A stretch of DNA of 53,207 nt, filler included, from Barthelona sp. PAP020 (GCA_040182905.1; 2 parts of 2 records of this genome joined end to end with filler, not necessarily neighbours in it); one strand, 5' to 3'; counted from the whole stretch's first letter, positions 11,201 to 22,611 are shown. Made by a program: numbers and translations. Notes: generated by a model not told the origin, from the letters alone.

Positions 11201-14200
11201 ATTTTCTCTTGTGATTCAAATTTATCAAAATTGAATCTGTCTGTCGGTGCCCCAAAAAAATTCCCCTTTTCATCTGTTCTATCAACTTGCTGTTGTATTG
11301 ATGAGGAAATTTGCATTTTGTCACTTTTATCAATATCTTTGTTCCAATAAGTATCAAAAAAATCAAATGAAGTGTCAGAATCAAAATCGCTATCGTCAAG
11401 AACAATGATATCGTCTTCAATTTCTTTATCTTTTTCACTGCTCGTTTGTATTGGCATATCTCTCTCAATTCTCGGTTGTACTTGTGTCTTTTGTACATTA
11501 TCCAATCTTGATCCAAGAGGTCTGAAAAAATTATCTGTTTCAAAATCAGCAGCTGGTATTGATACAGGCACAGAGATTTCGTTGTTATGATTATATTCAG
11601 GCTTAATTTTGTTTTCAAAAATAGGGGAAGATACATGTTTGTTTGATATAAAATCGAGAGGCTCATCAAATGGTCTTAGACTTGATTTATATGAATCCTT
11701 TTCAAAATTTACAGACTGATAAGGCAACTGCTTTAAAGGATAATCCACATTTTGTGAGTTTTGGTTTGAATTTTGCTCAAAACTTCGTCTTCTTTGCGGA
11801 ATAATCACATCTATTGCATTTCCACTTGGTTGAACAACGTTTCGTTGTGGTTGAAATTGAGAATAAGTTGGTAAAGGTTCAGAAAAAGGCGGTTGACCCA
11901 TTGTTTTAGATTCATTTGATCCCATGTAATCTATAGCCCTACTAGCCTTCTGAAAGGGTTTAGATTCCATTTGAATTGATTGTTGATTAACAAAAGGCAA
12001 TGGCCGTTGTTTTTGAACCAATTGTTGCTGTGAAATTGGGTTTTGATGTGACAAAGGCTGTTGTTGTGATATTTGAGGTTCATAAGATTTTATGAAGGGT
12101 TTCTCAATGAAATTTTGAACGTCCTTAGTTTCATCATAATTTGTGGAAAAAACTGTTTGAATTTCAACGTCTTTGGTCTCAACGATTTTTTTGACTCCCA
12201 ACTCAGTGCAACTCTCAGCATTATCAATAAAAATTGCCTGAATATTTGTAATTGGAAGTTTAGGTAACATATCTATTGATTTTAGCTGCTCTAACGCCAA
12301 TATCAATTGCCTCTTTTTCCAATAATTGAATGAATTGAAACTTGACTTTCCAAAATTTGCTGAAAAATATTTCAAACATTTCTCAAAGGTTTGTAAAAAT
12401 AATTCATCAGTAATATCATCTCCACAATTTATAAGCCCATTGATAAAAGCATCTAAAGTCGTAATATCAAACTGTATGGTTAAATTATGACTATACAAGA
12501 AAAAAGTAATCAAAAATATTGTTCTTTTGATTGGAGAAATAGGACTGTTAGCAAATGATATGCAAATATACTGAAGAAATTTTTGAATAAATGTCAAAAA
12601 TCTCTCCTTAGATTGTTTAAATTCAGTTCTTTTTGCTAAAACTTTATTTGAATATTCAAAAATAGATTTGTTATCAATATTATGTGGTTGAATGTTTGAA
12701 AGATTAAGATCAAGCGTATTGTCATCAAAATAAAAGAATTTTTCAATGCTATTCATTGTTATCTCTTGCATACCTTCATTCACACAAAATAATTTAAAGA
12801 AAACAGGTATTAATGCTAATAACATGTATAAAATAATATTATCGGACAAACAATTGAAATTTTCTTTTGTTCCAATAGACATTTTAAAAAATCCACGAAA
12901 TACGTTATTTTGAGTTTCATATAACACATTTGATCCAGTAATATCTGATAATAAACTAAAAAAAAGTAATTTCTTTTCATACGAAAAATTAACTTCATTT
13001 GAAGTGAAATATACCTGTTTAAACATTTGTTTTGACATATCATATATATCTGCATCACTATTAAAAGGAATAATTAGATAAAATAAATTCTTAGGTATGA
13101 TATAAAAATTTGTGTTTGCCTGCAAAAAAAATTTGTTTAATATTTGAAAAAAATTATGTTGTACCCTATCTAAAGCATTAATAAAGTTATTTCTACCAAT
13201 AAATAACATTTCATGTTGAATACATTCATCAAAATCACAATCAGCAGGTAATTCAACCATGGTTTCAGTATTTAATTTTCTAGAAAAAAAAGCTTTTAAT
13301 TGTTCAAAACGTAAATTAATGATAACATAAAAAATATCAAAAAGATCATTTCTCAATTCAATATTTGAAGAGTTTCTCAAATAGAAAATCTCTTCAGGTA
13401 AATCTTTCATGAATAGTAATAATTTAATGAAAATATGTATTATTTCTTCAAATTCATTTGTTTCTTCTTCCAATAAAGTTTTTATTTTTTTTTCAATTAT
13501 ACATTTTTTCATTTTTTTGAACATAAATAAACTATATTGATGTAAATATCCATTTAATTCTTTATTATGTATATATTTAAGACTAGTTTCAAAAAAAATA
13601 ATTCCTTGTAAAAATGCAGGCAAAACCACACAAAAATTGGAAGTATCCAAAAGACCATAAAAACCATTTAAATGCTTCTCCCATGTCTTCCACTCCTTTT
13701 CTTGAACATTTATCCAAAAATTCTCATGTTTATAAGTCACATTTTTAAAAAAAAGAAAAAAATATTTGTTGTAATTTTGTAGTTTCATAAACATTTGATC
13801 TTTATTTACTGTTTCAATAAAAATTATTAATAACTGCAAAATTTGTTGCCCTTCATTTATGAAACTGTTATTGATCAAAGTATCCAATAATTCGGTAAAC
13901 ATTGATAAAATATCATTATCTTTCACCATTAATTCTCTAAATAAACGTTTCGATGAACTGAAACATCTTAAAAAATAATTGAGTAGTTCAAGAGTTGATG
14001 AAATATGTCCCATGAAAAGACTAAAAAAAGGATTTTTATTCAACTCTTCACGTCTTTTTTTGTCTTTTCTATTGGATATCAATGTTTGAAAAGCCTTTAA
14101 ATATTCAAAAAAAATTGGTTTGAAATTTTGATTAAAATTAGCAATCATCTCATTATTATAAGAATTATAAAGATTTTGTTGCTCAATTAATTGTTTACAA

Positions 14201-14448
14201 CGTCCATAATAGAAAGAAATTAAAGATTTATTATGATTTTTTGTTAGACTAAGAATAATTAATAAAATAATCGGCCAATTAATACAAAAATCTTCATTTA
14301 ATTTCATATCAGGGAATAAAATGTTTTGATCTTTTATTATATTCAAAAGAAAATCATAATTTAACTTATCAGAATTCGAAATTCGTTTACCATTCTTTAA
14401 TATTGTTATTATATCAATCCATTCATTATCATTAGGATTTTTCAACAT
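8290..14448 (-). CDS. SEN1: Sen1/senataxin-like superfamily-1 (Upf1-like) RNA/DNA helicase, 2052 aa
   Basis: C-terminal SF1 motifs LVQGPPGTGKT, CAPSNAATD, IDEAAQCTEPE, IGDPKQLPAT, LDTQYRM, STVDSFQGQE, RANVALTRAK. Long N-terminal helical region and disordered linker as in Sen1; no Upf1 CH zinc domain. Orthology inferred from architecture. Confidence 0.8.
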   Translation of the reverse strand: MLKNPNDNEWIDIITILKNGKRISNSDKLNYDFLLNIIKDQNILFPDMKLNEDFCINWPIILLIILSLTKNHNKSLISFYYGRCKQLIEQQNLYNSYNNEMIANFNQNFKPIFFEYLKAFQTLISNRKDKKRREELNKNPFFSLFMGHISSTLELLNYFLRCFSSSKRLFRELMVKDNDILSMFTELLDTLINNSFINEGQQILQLLIIFIETVNKDQMFMKLQNYNKYFFLFFKNVTYKHENFWINVQEKEWKTWEKHLNGFYGLLDTSNFCVVLPAFLQGIIFFETSLKYIHNKELNGYLHQYSLFMFKKMKKCIIEKKIKTLLEEETNEFEEIIHIFIKLLLFMKDLPEEIFYLRNSSNIELRNDLFDIFYVIINLRFEQLKAFFSRKLNTETMVELPADCDFDECIQHEMLFIGRNNFINALDRVQHNFFQILNKFFLQANTNFYIIPKNLFYLIIPFNSDADIYDMSKQMFKQVYFTSNEVNFSYEKKLLFFSLLSDITGSNVLYETQNNVFRGFFKMSIGTKENFNCLSDNIILYMLLALIPVFFKLFCVNEGMQEITMNSIEKFFYFDDNTLDLNLSNIQPHNIDNKSIFEYSNKVLAKRTEFKQSKERFLTFIQKFLQYICISFANSPISPIKRTIFLITFFLYSHNLTIQFDITTLDAFINGLINCGDDITDELFLQTFEKCLKYFSANFGKSSFNSFNYWKKRQLILALEQLKSIDMLPKLPITNIQAIFIDNAESCTELGVKKIVETKDVEIQTVFSTNYDETKDVQNFIEKPFIKSYEPQISQQQPLSHQNPISQQQLVQKQRPLPFVNQQSIQMESKPFQKASRAIDYMGSNESKTMGQPPFSEPLPTYSQFQPQRNVVQPSGNAIDVIIPQRRRSFEQNSNQNSQNVDYPLKQLPYQSVNFEKDSYKSSLRPFDEPLDFISNKHVSSPIFENKIKPEYNHNNEISVPVSIPAADFETDNFFRPLGSRLDNVQKTQVQPRIERDMPIQTSSEKDKEIEDDIIVLDDSDFDSDTSFDFFDTYWNKDIDKSDKMQISSSIQQQVDRTDEKGNFFGAPTDRFNFDKFESQEKMYKKEPELESRDHKKIDLVIESRKEEENKPIQKSVKPISIVLPKDKYSKDIFNQDHLKPVERKFEPKLKKNSSSNLKKLMLPRKIEDKLGPNFFVPDGQLKSEFFRNILFLDPGTLIHNRSAQEDFVISSSFKDYKKLLTSKYVEDIPTDFQSVQHYQKLFTESLSFELREHFRKDFHALCDSILGRSSASSVISLYNRPFASDQYEFEFDSNLSKLTLLIPLEDTFDSNNIDLQLYGQEETFFLLSDIPIERQLNNLFDQEISRPTKGKPRFNVFSICMLDNAPKIIQPKKSKMKSILLSFYLLVFRGPDSLPIATDSIKNSRNPNLPKIKFFQKGLPIYLMPFSTNSGISRAVSALQAINLFAIAKFWLIPSTIDFKQYREEPFQKFIGKVELPPLFQDRLMKYLNSTQQKILTRIVTRIKNHPKDIDAEYPCITLVQGPPGTGKTVLLSHLICYLLNMPLDDGRSPHVLLCAPSNAATDTALLKTMHLIKDCRLKHKARRVGVYSQFDEAAKEFSFENYMRKYNDSFNASVGVDLEKKIKIDHLELVRLQSEAKKLGQKCAVTTDKVKKDEILEQIKKLQSKISILGRRVSENEFKRKNTADEVDDFVHKKRELQKKWLQSGSIIATTLGSSGNRLLSKHFDCYTAASNPNSLRTEFDYIVIDEAAQCTEPELLIALAYCKPTTSVIIIGDPKQLPATILSMNHREVLEQSAFERIQRAGISVEFLDTQYRMNTEICEFPNHYFYDGKLQTVAHESIPTFVNFNYAQFNQNICQAEPYFMINTSLIQHSEYQFKSSFKNNFEIDICIYILLQTLRAVELTNSKMPNISVITPYVGQKGAMLKDLLSMKRLILEKKKIDNRPLFEDFFSKIKISTVDSFQGQEADLVLISLVRTTKSGFIKDQSRANVALTRAKHKCVVIGNENILKTVDVWNMLIDDAKQRKKYFSITLSDLDNGQLSEKQMLDIFS

Positions 14449-14723
14449 TGCATAGTTACCAACAATTAAAAATTTCTGATTATGGATTATTTTTTTATTG
14501 TCTTTATAAATTTGGATTTATTGACCTTTTTGTGCACTATTTCCTCCTTTTTTTTTACCAAGAAACTCTTTTAATACAAGGTTTTTAAACTATTTTAGTT
14601 TAATCTCTTCTACAAAACAATGAGTGTAGTATTAATTAAAATAATTGAAATAACTTGAATAATTGAAATAACTTGTCTTTAAAAGTCTGTCTAATTTATT
14701 TTATTCAATTTTGGCTTCTATCC

Positions 14724-16232
14724 ATGAAAAGACCGGAATTTTTGGAACAGTTTAATTCGTTAAAGACTACATTAACAAATGAAGAAATTAAAAGAATGAA
14801 TGAATGTTGTCTAGGTGGACAAACAGAAAATTCATCCGTTAATGAAAACTATATTGCTTTTTACAAAGAATTAAATCATCTTTATGATTTCTTTTTGGAT
14901 CATTTAATTAAACAGAAAGAATTTGACCTTTTTTCATATTTTTTTCAATATTATAACCCTGATGATGAAAGTCAAAAGTTAACTTTGATTGATCAGTTTA
15001 GAAATTTATCCAAAGAATCTATTACATGTATTGGTAAACATAATGATGGTGGTATAATTGGAATGGTTTTGATTTCCCCAAGTGAAAAATTTTTGGTTAC
15101 TTGTGCTATGTCTGCGGAAAATACATATATTTGGGATGCTTCCAACTATTCATTAATCACAATAATTCCTGGTATGTTTCTTTCTGCATCATTTTCGCGT
15201 GACGATTCGAAATTATTTTTGTGTAGCAGTGTCCAACCAACATTATTATATGACACTTCAAATTGGACTTTAATAGATACATACAGTTCCATGTTTCTTG
15301 GCATTTTTGTTGATTCTATGGAGTATTTCATTTCTATTCCGACCACTGGACGCATTCAAAAATGTCAGATAAGTGATGGAGTTTTCATTCAAGCAAGTAC
15401 TTTTTCGTCTTCATATCCAATGGAAAGATACAGTATCTCACCTTCGAAAAAATCTATTTGTTATTTTAATGAACAGCTTGATCTTGTTGTTTTTGATGTT
15501 GAATCATTGGAGCGAGTATTTAGATTGGAAGACCATAATGATATTCTGACAGTGTTTTTGTTTAACGATGAAGAATTATTCGTTTGTTTTGAGGATAATA
15601 CAATGTCCAAGTACAGTATTGAAACAGGCCAATTGATTAAAGAACGTATGATGAATTTTAGCATTACAGATTGCTTTGTTATTGATGATGAGCATTTTGG
15701 AATTTGTGCCACAAATTTTTCGATGGCAAGCAATGAATTTTCAGAATGCTGCATTAAAGTGATTAATTCAGACACATTGGAAGACTTCACTGCATTGGAT
15801 GATGTTGGAATTCCTTTGGTTTGTTCTCTGTCCTCAAATAAGCTATTGATTGGTGGAAGTAGTGACTCCGATAATGTTGAGGCTGTGACTGACGTTGATG
15901 TGAGGGTCATTGAATTGGACAACGTTCATGGTAATGCACTTCAGATTGTTTCACTTGTTGAAGAGAATTTTGATGAATTGGTCGATTTATTTATTGGTAT
16001 TGCCAAGAAAAATCATGGAGGAATTGTTTCAAGACTGATGAGAAAGTCTAGTAAGATATCTTTAAAGAATCTTCGAATCTTGGTTAGTAGGGGATTGATA
16101 ATGAATAAAGATGAAGCTCCTTTGGTATTTGAATCGTGTTTTGATCTTGTGGATATAAATAAATCAAATGGTGGAAATTTAGCAGAATTGATGGATGCTG
16201 ATGACACTGATGATGAGGAAGATGATGATTAG
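14724..16232 (+). CDS. Divergent WD40/beta-propeller protein with N-terminal helical region and C-terminal 'NGGN' module
   Basis: Blade-like repeats (ISPSEKFLVTC...YIWD, SFSRDDSKLF...LYD, ISPSKKSIC...VFD). C-terminus DLVDINKSNGGNL plus acidic tail. First ATG 14724 (ORF track starts at TTG 14673). Confidence 0.8.
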   Translation: MKRPEFLEQFNSLKTTLTNEEIKRMNECCLGGQTENSSVNENYIAFYKELNHLYDFFLDHLIKQKEFDLFSYFFQYYNPDDESQKLTLIDQFRNLSKESITCIGKHNDGGIIGMVLISPSEKFLVTCAMSAENTYIWDASNYSLITIIPGMFLSASFSRDDSKLFLCSSVQPTLLYDTSNWTLIDTYSSMFLGIFVDSMEYFISIPTTGRIQKCQISDGVFIQASTFSSSYPMERYSISPSKKSICYFNEQLDLVVFDVESLERVFRLEDHNDILTVFLFNDEELFVCFEDNTMSKYSIETGQLIKERMMNFSITDCFVIDDEHFGICATNFSMASNEFSECCIKVINSDTLEDFTALDDVGIPLVCSLSSNKLLIGGSSDSDNVEAVTDVDVRVIELDNVHGNALQIVSLVEENFDELVDLFIGIAKKNHGGIVSRLMRKSSKISLKNLRILVSRGLIMNKDEAPLVFESCFDLVDINKSNGGNLAELMDADDTDDEEDDD

Positions 16233-16996
16233 TTCAATTTTCTTGTATCTGTTCCCACCACAGTTTACTTTGCCTGAATTCAAAATGTTATAAGATTGTA
16301 AATATGTGTATCGTTTAATTTCTTTTTCTTTTCAAAATTGAATGTGTCGTCATTCTCATTTGCACATGTAGAATTTTTGGAAACCAACTGTATTCACTTG
16401 TTAAACAGGTTTTTCTCTGAAACTACCCTGAAAATGTGTTGATCAAATTCAAAAACAAAGTTCAAAGAATTTATTTCTTTAAGATGCAACAATGTGTAAA
16501 AGTTAAAAACTGACCACTCAATGAACAAAATAACAGAATGATTAGCCAATACTCATCCTCATGCATGATAGGAAAAAAGATGGACTTATGTTAGTATTGT
16601 TGAAATCACTTTTACTAGGATAGTGATGATATTTGCATTGATGTTGATTCAAAAAATGTGTCAATCAGGGGAAAATGACCAATTATTCTTTATTTTTGGA
16701 TACTTTTATTTTGAAGACAAAGGATATCATACCATGGAAACGGATACTATTTCTGGTTGAAGATTTTACCATGTTTCAACACTTTATTCACATGGTACTT
16801 GATATAGATTTCAAATTGATTGTTTTTGTTCAAATACAACCCATTGCAATGGTTTGAAAAGAGAAAAAGAGCTTTAAAAATTTAACAAGAGACAACTAAG
16901 ACTAAATCAAATTCTTTCTTCATGTAATTCCAAATTCACCATAACAATCAACAAGATCTTTAAATTGACTATCTCCTACATTTAGACAAATAGCTA

Positions 16997-17248
16997 TCAA
17001 CCAATTTTGTCAACAGTAATTACTCTTATTGTTGATGAATTAATAGTGATAGAAACTTTATTCGCATGATTTATCACATAGTAATTCTTTCCTTTTTGTT
17101 CAATAGAATCTTCAGAGGTTTCATTAATGATATCAAAAATAAATGTCTCAATTTCATCATTGGTAAGATTAAAATTCAGTTTTTTTCGAATTCGATTGTA
17201 AACTAAGGGTGTATAACATATTTTTTGGAGAATAATTTGTTTAATCAT
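16997..17248 (-). CDS. DUF3781-family small protein (bacterial-type), 83 aa
   Basis: ICYTPLVYNRIRKKL...KGKNYYV...ITINSSTIRVITVDK matches my recollection of the DUF3781 pattern (YTxLxxxRIxKxL...GKNxY...ITVNxxTxxIITxxK). ATG 17248, TGA 16997-16999. Confidence 0.75.
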   Translation of the reverse strand: MIKQIILQKICYTPLVYNRIRKKLNFNLTNDEIETFIFDIINETSEDSIEQKGKNYYVINHANKVSITINSSTIRVITVDKIG

Positions 17249-17454
17249 ACAACACAATAGAAGAATATTGTTTGTGCTGAAAAAAAGAATTCTTTTCCCC
17301 TTTTTCTTTTCTTTGGAGAATATTTATAGTTCTTTCAATTTTTTAAATGAGAAAAAAATGAATAACGAGGTTTATGGTTTTGTACGTTGAAGGATACTTT
17401 AGTTTTGTTTTGTTGTTCAATCATTCTTATTATTTTTGTTGAATTGAATAAATA

Positions 17455-18195
17455 TTATTCGTTCATTAACTGAAGTATCAATAAATATTGACAATGATGT
17501 TGAACATTATCTTTTAAATACGATAATAATTTATGCTTGACAAGAGAAACAAATTTCTCTTGATACATTTGAATATTTGAGATCAAAACGTTTGAAAATA
17601 ATCGTTTAAACGTAATTGGTGCAGTTTGTTGAAGTTTAATCAAAAACATTGAAGTAACAGTATCATTGAAGTCTAGTTGTTGAAGATAAATAGTTAATGA
17701 TATAAAATATTCATCAATTTCCATGATATTTGCTTGATTATTCTTGTGATTATTGTTTGGATTTTGAAAACAAATCAATAAAATACATAAATAGAAAGTT
17801 AAAGAACTTTTTTTCATTGAAGTATCAATACAATGTAGATAAAATCGACGAAAGAAGTTTTTTTTCTTTTCTTCTTCCAAAACAATTACATGTGGAGCAA
17901 AATATATTATTGTTGCTAATCCTAAGCATACGATTGGATTATCAAAATCAAGATTTTGTAAAAATGTTTCATCAATGAGAAAATTAGTAAAATAACTCAT
18001 TTTACTTGAATATATTGAATATATAATAAATTCTATGGTATCTAAAGGATCAATTTTGATTTCATTTTCATAAATATCTAGCATTTTTGTGTCATTATAC
18101 TCTTCCTTTTTCAATAAGATCAAATATTGGAACTCTTTATGATTATTTAAAATTTTAAATAATTCTTTATCTTTTAATAATTCTTGTTGTATATT

Positions 18196-18256
<61 letters not shown>

Positions 18257-20238
18257 ACATCAACATATTCTTCTTCTTCTTCTTTTTCTTTTACCTTTTC
18301 TTTTGTAGTTTTTTTAGCAATGTAAACTTCTTTTTTTGTTGATAAATTTGTAAATAAATGATAAAATAGTTCAATATTTGGATGTCTTTTCTCAAAAGTT
18401 TGTAGAATACTTTTATCAATTTGTGGTTCAATCTCTTTATTATGACCATCATTAACTCCCCCTCTATTAAAACCTATTTTTGAATTTACTTTTAGATAGC
18501 ACCAATTTATTAAAAATTTCTTTTGATGAATGTTTAAAAAATTTAAATTATTTTTCAACAATAAATTTTTAAGTAAAATTTGAGAACAATTTGAATCATT
18601 TGCTAAAAAAAAAGATATTTCTTCCCATTTTAATTTTTTTAAAGGAGAATTTGAAATTAATCCTTTGATAAGATAATCATTTGGTAAAACTTTTGAAAAA
18701 TCTAAACTTTTCAATAAAAATTCATAATTTATAGTTAAAATTCTGGCAATTGGAGTATTTAATTGTTGCAAAGCAAATTGAGATATATTTTTTAGATTAA
18801 TATTTTTTATTTCCTTTAAATTATCATCATTGTGAGTATTAGTATCAACAACAAAAAATAACAAAGGAATTGTTTCGTTATTGAAATTGATATCAGCAAA
18901 TAATTGATTGATACTAGAATCTAATTTAGAATCAATATCAAATCCATTTGTTTCATTCTCTAAACTTTTCAAATATTCAATAATTTTCACCAAAATAAAT
19001 CCTGATGTTTTCAATTTTTGTTGAAATTGTTCTTCAGCAAAAAAATAAAATTCTACAAGAATTTTTCTTTGTTGATCAATATCTAAATATTCAAACATTT
19101 CAATACAATAAATAATTCCTTTTAATATGGTTTTAGTTACAATTTGAACTTCTAAAATTCTATTTGCTAAATGTTTCAGTAATTTTTTCATTGGTAATTT
19201 TGATTCTTTACAATATTTCCAAAATATTAAATCAAAATTAAAATCTGACATGTTTTTATCATTTATCAAAAGTTCAACCAAATGATTCTCAAAACAATGT
19301 AAACAATTGGTTGGTAACATATTTAATATGTTAATCTTAGTATTTAAACAATTATTTGTAGATGTAAGTGAAAACAAAAATAATGAATTGATAATATCTA
19401 CATATTTAAATGAAATCCTGGCATTATTTTCCATTTCTACTTCAATTAAACTAAAAATCTTTTTCATTAGCAAAGGGTTTACTTTGACAAATTCCAAAAA
19501 TCGTTCTTTTCTTTTCTTTTCACTGATTTCATTAAAACCATCCTCATAAAACATTGCAAAACAAATTTCTAACCCTTCTAAATCCATCTTTATAAATAAT
19601 TTCCCTAATTCTCTATTGGAAAACAATAAAGTAAGATCTTGTGGTTTGCAATTCTTTAAAACTTTAACAATATTCAAAATAAATGTTGAATCATTCTCAA
19701 TTAATAATTTTTGACAGATATTTAATGAAATATAAAATAATTCCAGACAAAAAAAACGAACATTTGCCAAATAATCTTGATGTACCTTTAATGGTAAAAA
19801 TTGCCATACTTTTTGCATTTTTCGTTGATTAATATTGTTAATTTGAACATAAATCTTCGTTATTTGTTCAACATCTCCTTTTTCAAGTAATATTCTCAAA
19901 TACTCTTCAGTTATATTTAATAAAACATCATTTAACTGAAGAACTTCACTTTCTGCATCATTTTCAATATCATTATTAAAAAAATGGTAAATTAAATAAA
20001 CATATTTCAAATTGCTGTTGATCAATTTTGTAAAGTTACCATTTACTTTTAAATAATATAAAATTTGATCTCTTAGTTGGTTTCTAATCTCATTAGAATT
20101 AATTAAAGCCTCACATAAAACAATTTCTTTGAAAGAACTCTTTCTTTCCAAATTCTTCAATAATAGGCATTCAACACAAAATATTTCATTTCCATTCGAT
20201 AATATATTACTAAAAGGATGTAAATTACATGATGTCAT
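17455..20238 (-). CDS. Uncharacterised 927-aa alpha-helical protein with N-terminal CxxH...CxxC motif (possible MEI1/PRD1-like)
   Basis: Long uninterrupted ATG-TAA ORF in very AT-rich DNA. N-terminus CNLHPF...FCVECLL; internal poly-Asp. Family assignment is tentative. Confidence 0.75.
18199..18255 (-). repeat. (GAT)19 coding microsatellite (poly-Asp)
   Basis: Perfect (atc)19 on the + strand inside the 17455-20238 CDS. Confidence 0.95.
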
Positions 20239-21622
20239 TCGTTTTTTGGGTTACATATTTTTGCAGGCAAATCACAAGTGTGGGAAATATTTTTTTTCAA
20301 ACTATATTATACTTGTAAAAGAAAGATTATTCGGTTAAATTTTATATTTTGACACTTAAAAGGAATCAATGGGCAAATATTGCATCCTTTTGTTGAAGAA
20401 GATGGCACCATTTGGTTAAAACTCTTTTTGAATTTTTGAAATCCACTTTCACCAAGTTAAATGCCTTAGAATAATCTCAGAAGATACCTTTCAACAAAGG
20501 AATTTTTGGAGTTCTCTGTTCAGAAGATGAAGTAGTTTGTTATAAGCTTCTATTTTCAACTCTAATCTGTTGGATTAAACTCATTTATTTTGAAAATTTT
20601 CACACAAAGGCAATAATTTCACTTTTCAAATATAATTTTAATGATTTAACCCAAATTTAGCAAAATTTCAATTGTTTCCCAAGGTTTTCGATCAGTTTAA
20701 ACTTTATTTAAAAAACAAAAACAAACATTGAAGATTCAAATCAAATTCTGTTGGCCCATGGAGTTTGGTGTATAATAGTTGTAAATTTCTATTATCCTTT
20801 GTTGTGGGTTATAAATATGTTCGTAAAATATTTACACCTGCATATTTCTTTGAAGTCTTTTTTTCAAAGACTTTCTCACTTTTAAGTAATCAAAAATGAC
20901 ATTCTTTCATCTCTTATTTGATATTTGTTTATTTTATAATTGAGATTTTTGTTTGTTGGATGAAATGTGATTTTGTTTTGTTTATGTTGTTTGATTCATC
21001 TTTGGTAGTTTTTTTTCTTAAACATGTTATTAATGCACATACAATTTCTTTATTTCAATTAACATTTGGACAATTGTTTTTTGATTTCTTTTGTGTTTTC
21101 ATTTTTTTTTGTTAATGAAGGATTTATGTGCTATCACGATATCACAAGCTGTTTTCAGCAGTTTAGCAGAATTGTTCATGTTTTTTGACCATTCATGTCA
21201 CAAACTGCAGATTTTGGGATTAACTTTGTTTCTGCTTTTTCCACTTTGAGTCTGTGATTTACTACTTGGGCTACTAATTTTACGATATTTATGCGTTTAT
21301 ATGGGATTGAACATTATACAATACTGTCATCGGTGGTATTTGCTTTGTGTAAAGCAATGTTTAAAATCTTGAAGACTTGTTCCCAACATCTTTAAGTTTT
21401 TTCAAACTCTTATAGCTAAATTCATTGGCCCTCTGTAAAAGGACTGTTTCTTGTTCATCATTTACTCCTTTGAGTCCAACAAAAACGACAAGGGGCTGTT
21501 TTCAACTGAAACCTTGTGTTTAATCGTAGAATTGTGATCGCCAGATTTGAATGACTCCTTCATCCAATTTTCCACTATGTCAATCTGGCTTCCTTCTAAA
21601 TAAAGTGAACCTTCATCGTCCA

Positions 21623-22270
21623 CTATTGTAGGCAGAGGATTACAGCTTGTCTTCTTGCTGGACCCCCTGTCTTTGGTCTCTTTGCATCATTGTTTGCCGA
21701 TAACGCAGGCCACATTCCCTTGTTATCTATGGGGTCATAAAATGTTTTTGGTGTTTTAGGTGGGATGGTGATACTACTTGGTAACTTGATGACGTTTGAA
21801 CCCACCTCATTTATTTCTTTTTCTCTAGACAGCGCATCAGCAATGATATTCTCTCTTGTGCTGATGTATCTAGCCTCAATAAAAATTCCTTGTGTTCTGG
21901 CAGCCTCTCTAATTCTCAACCCTTCCTCCATCAAGGTTTTGCTTTTTGCTCTTCCTTCAAGGGCTGAAATTGCATTTTTGTTGTCACAAAAGATCAGTAT
22001 GTTTGATCTCATAGGCAAGCCAGGGGCTATCTCCTGTATAGCCTTTCCCACTGTTTTTAATTCCTTCATGGCAATTATGTTGCCTTCTTGTTCTTCAAAA
22101 AATCAGGTTTGTTCTGAATCGAACATTACATAACCATCTTTATATATTGATGGATCCATTGATGCATCCGTTGCGATGACCAATGTATATTTTCAAACCC
22201 CTCTGACGGAGCCCATCCGATTGCTTTCCAAAAGAATATCACGCCAGCATACATTGTAGACAATGTTTCA
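21623..22270 (-). pseudogene. DIRS/Ngaro-type (tyrosine-recombinase retrotransposon) RNase H relic
   Basis: One frame reads VIATDAS...KELKTV...ILIFCDNKNAISALEGRAKS...YISTRENIIADALSR, with in-frame TGA stops at 22193-22195 and 22103-22105. Confidence 0.75.
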
Positions 22271-22279
22271 CACCAACCA

Positions 22280-22611
22280 ATTTATTTTCATTGATAATTG
22301 CATTTTGAAGCCAGAAATAATATTTAGGGTAAATATATCTTCTAAATAACACATAAGCTTGATGTTTTGAACAATTGTTCTTTAAAGAGTTAATATCTTT
22401 TGCGAGTTCTTGTTCAATTCTACTTTCTTAATTTCTCTCAGATAAATTGGAGTTCCTAATACAAAATCAACATGTTTCATCAATTTACATTTGTTTCTGT
22501 TTAGTTTTAAGCCAATATGTTGACTAAAACTCTCCACTGTTTTGTAGATATCATTTATTGATCCATTAAAGCCAGGTTTAACCGCAATATACACGACATC
22601 TAAATATGCAA
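22280..22611 (-). mobile_element. Degenerate internal RT fragment of a sister copy of the adjacent CRE-like element
   Basis: FAYLDVVYIAVKPGF...IGLKLNRNKCK...VLGTPI...NNCSKHQAYVLFRRYIYP...WLQN parallels ~23590-23900. YLDD is mutated to YLDV and the frame is broken. Confidence 0.85.

Noticed and set aside
8300..13058. Short antisense or alternative-frame ORFs inside SEN1 and other long CDSs
   Set aside because: No recognisable motifs; expected by-products of long coding sequences.
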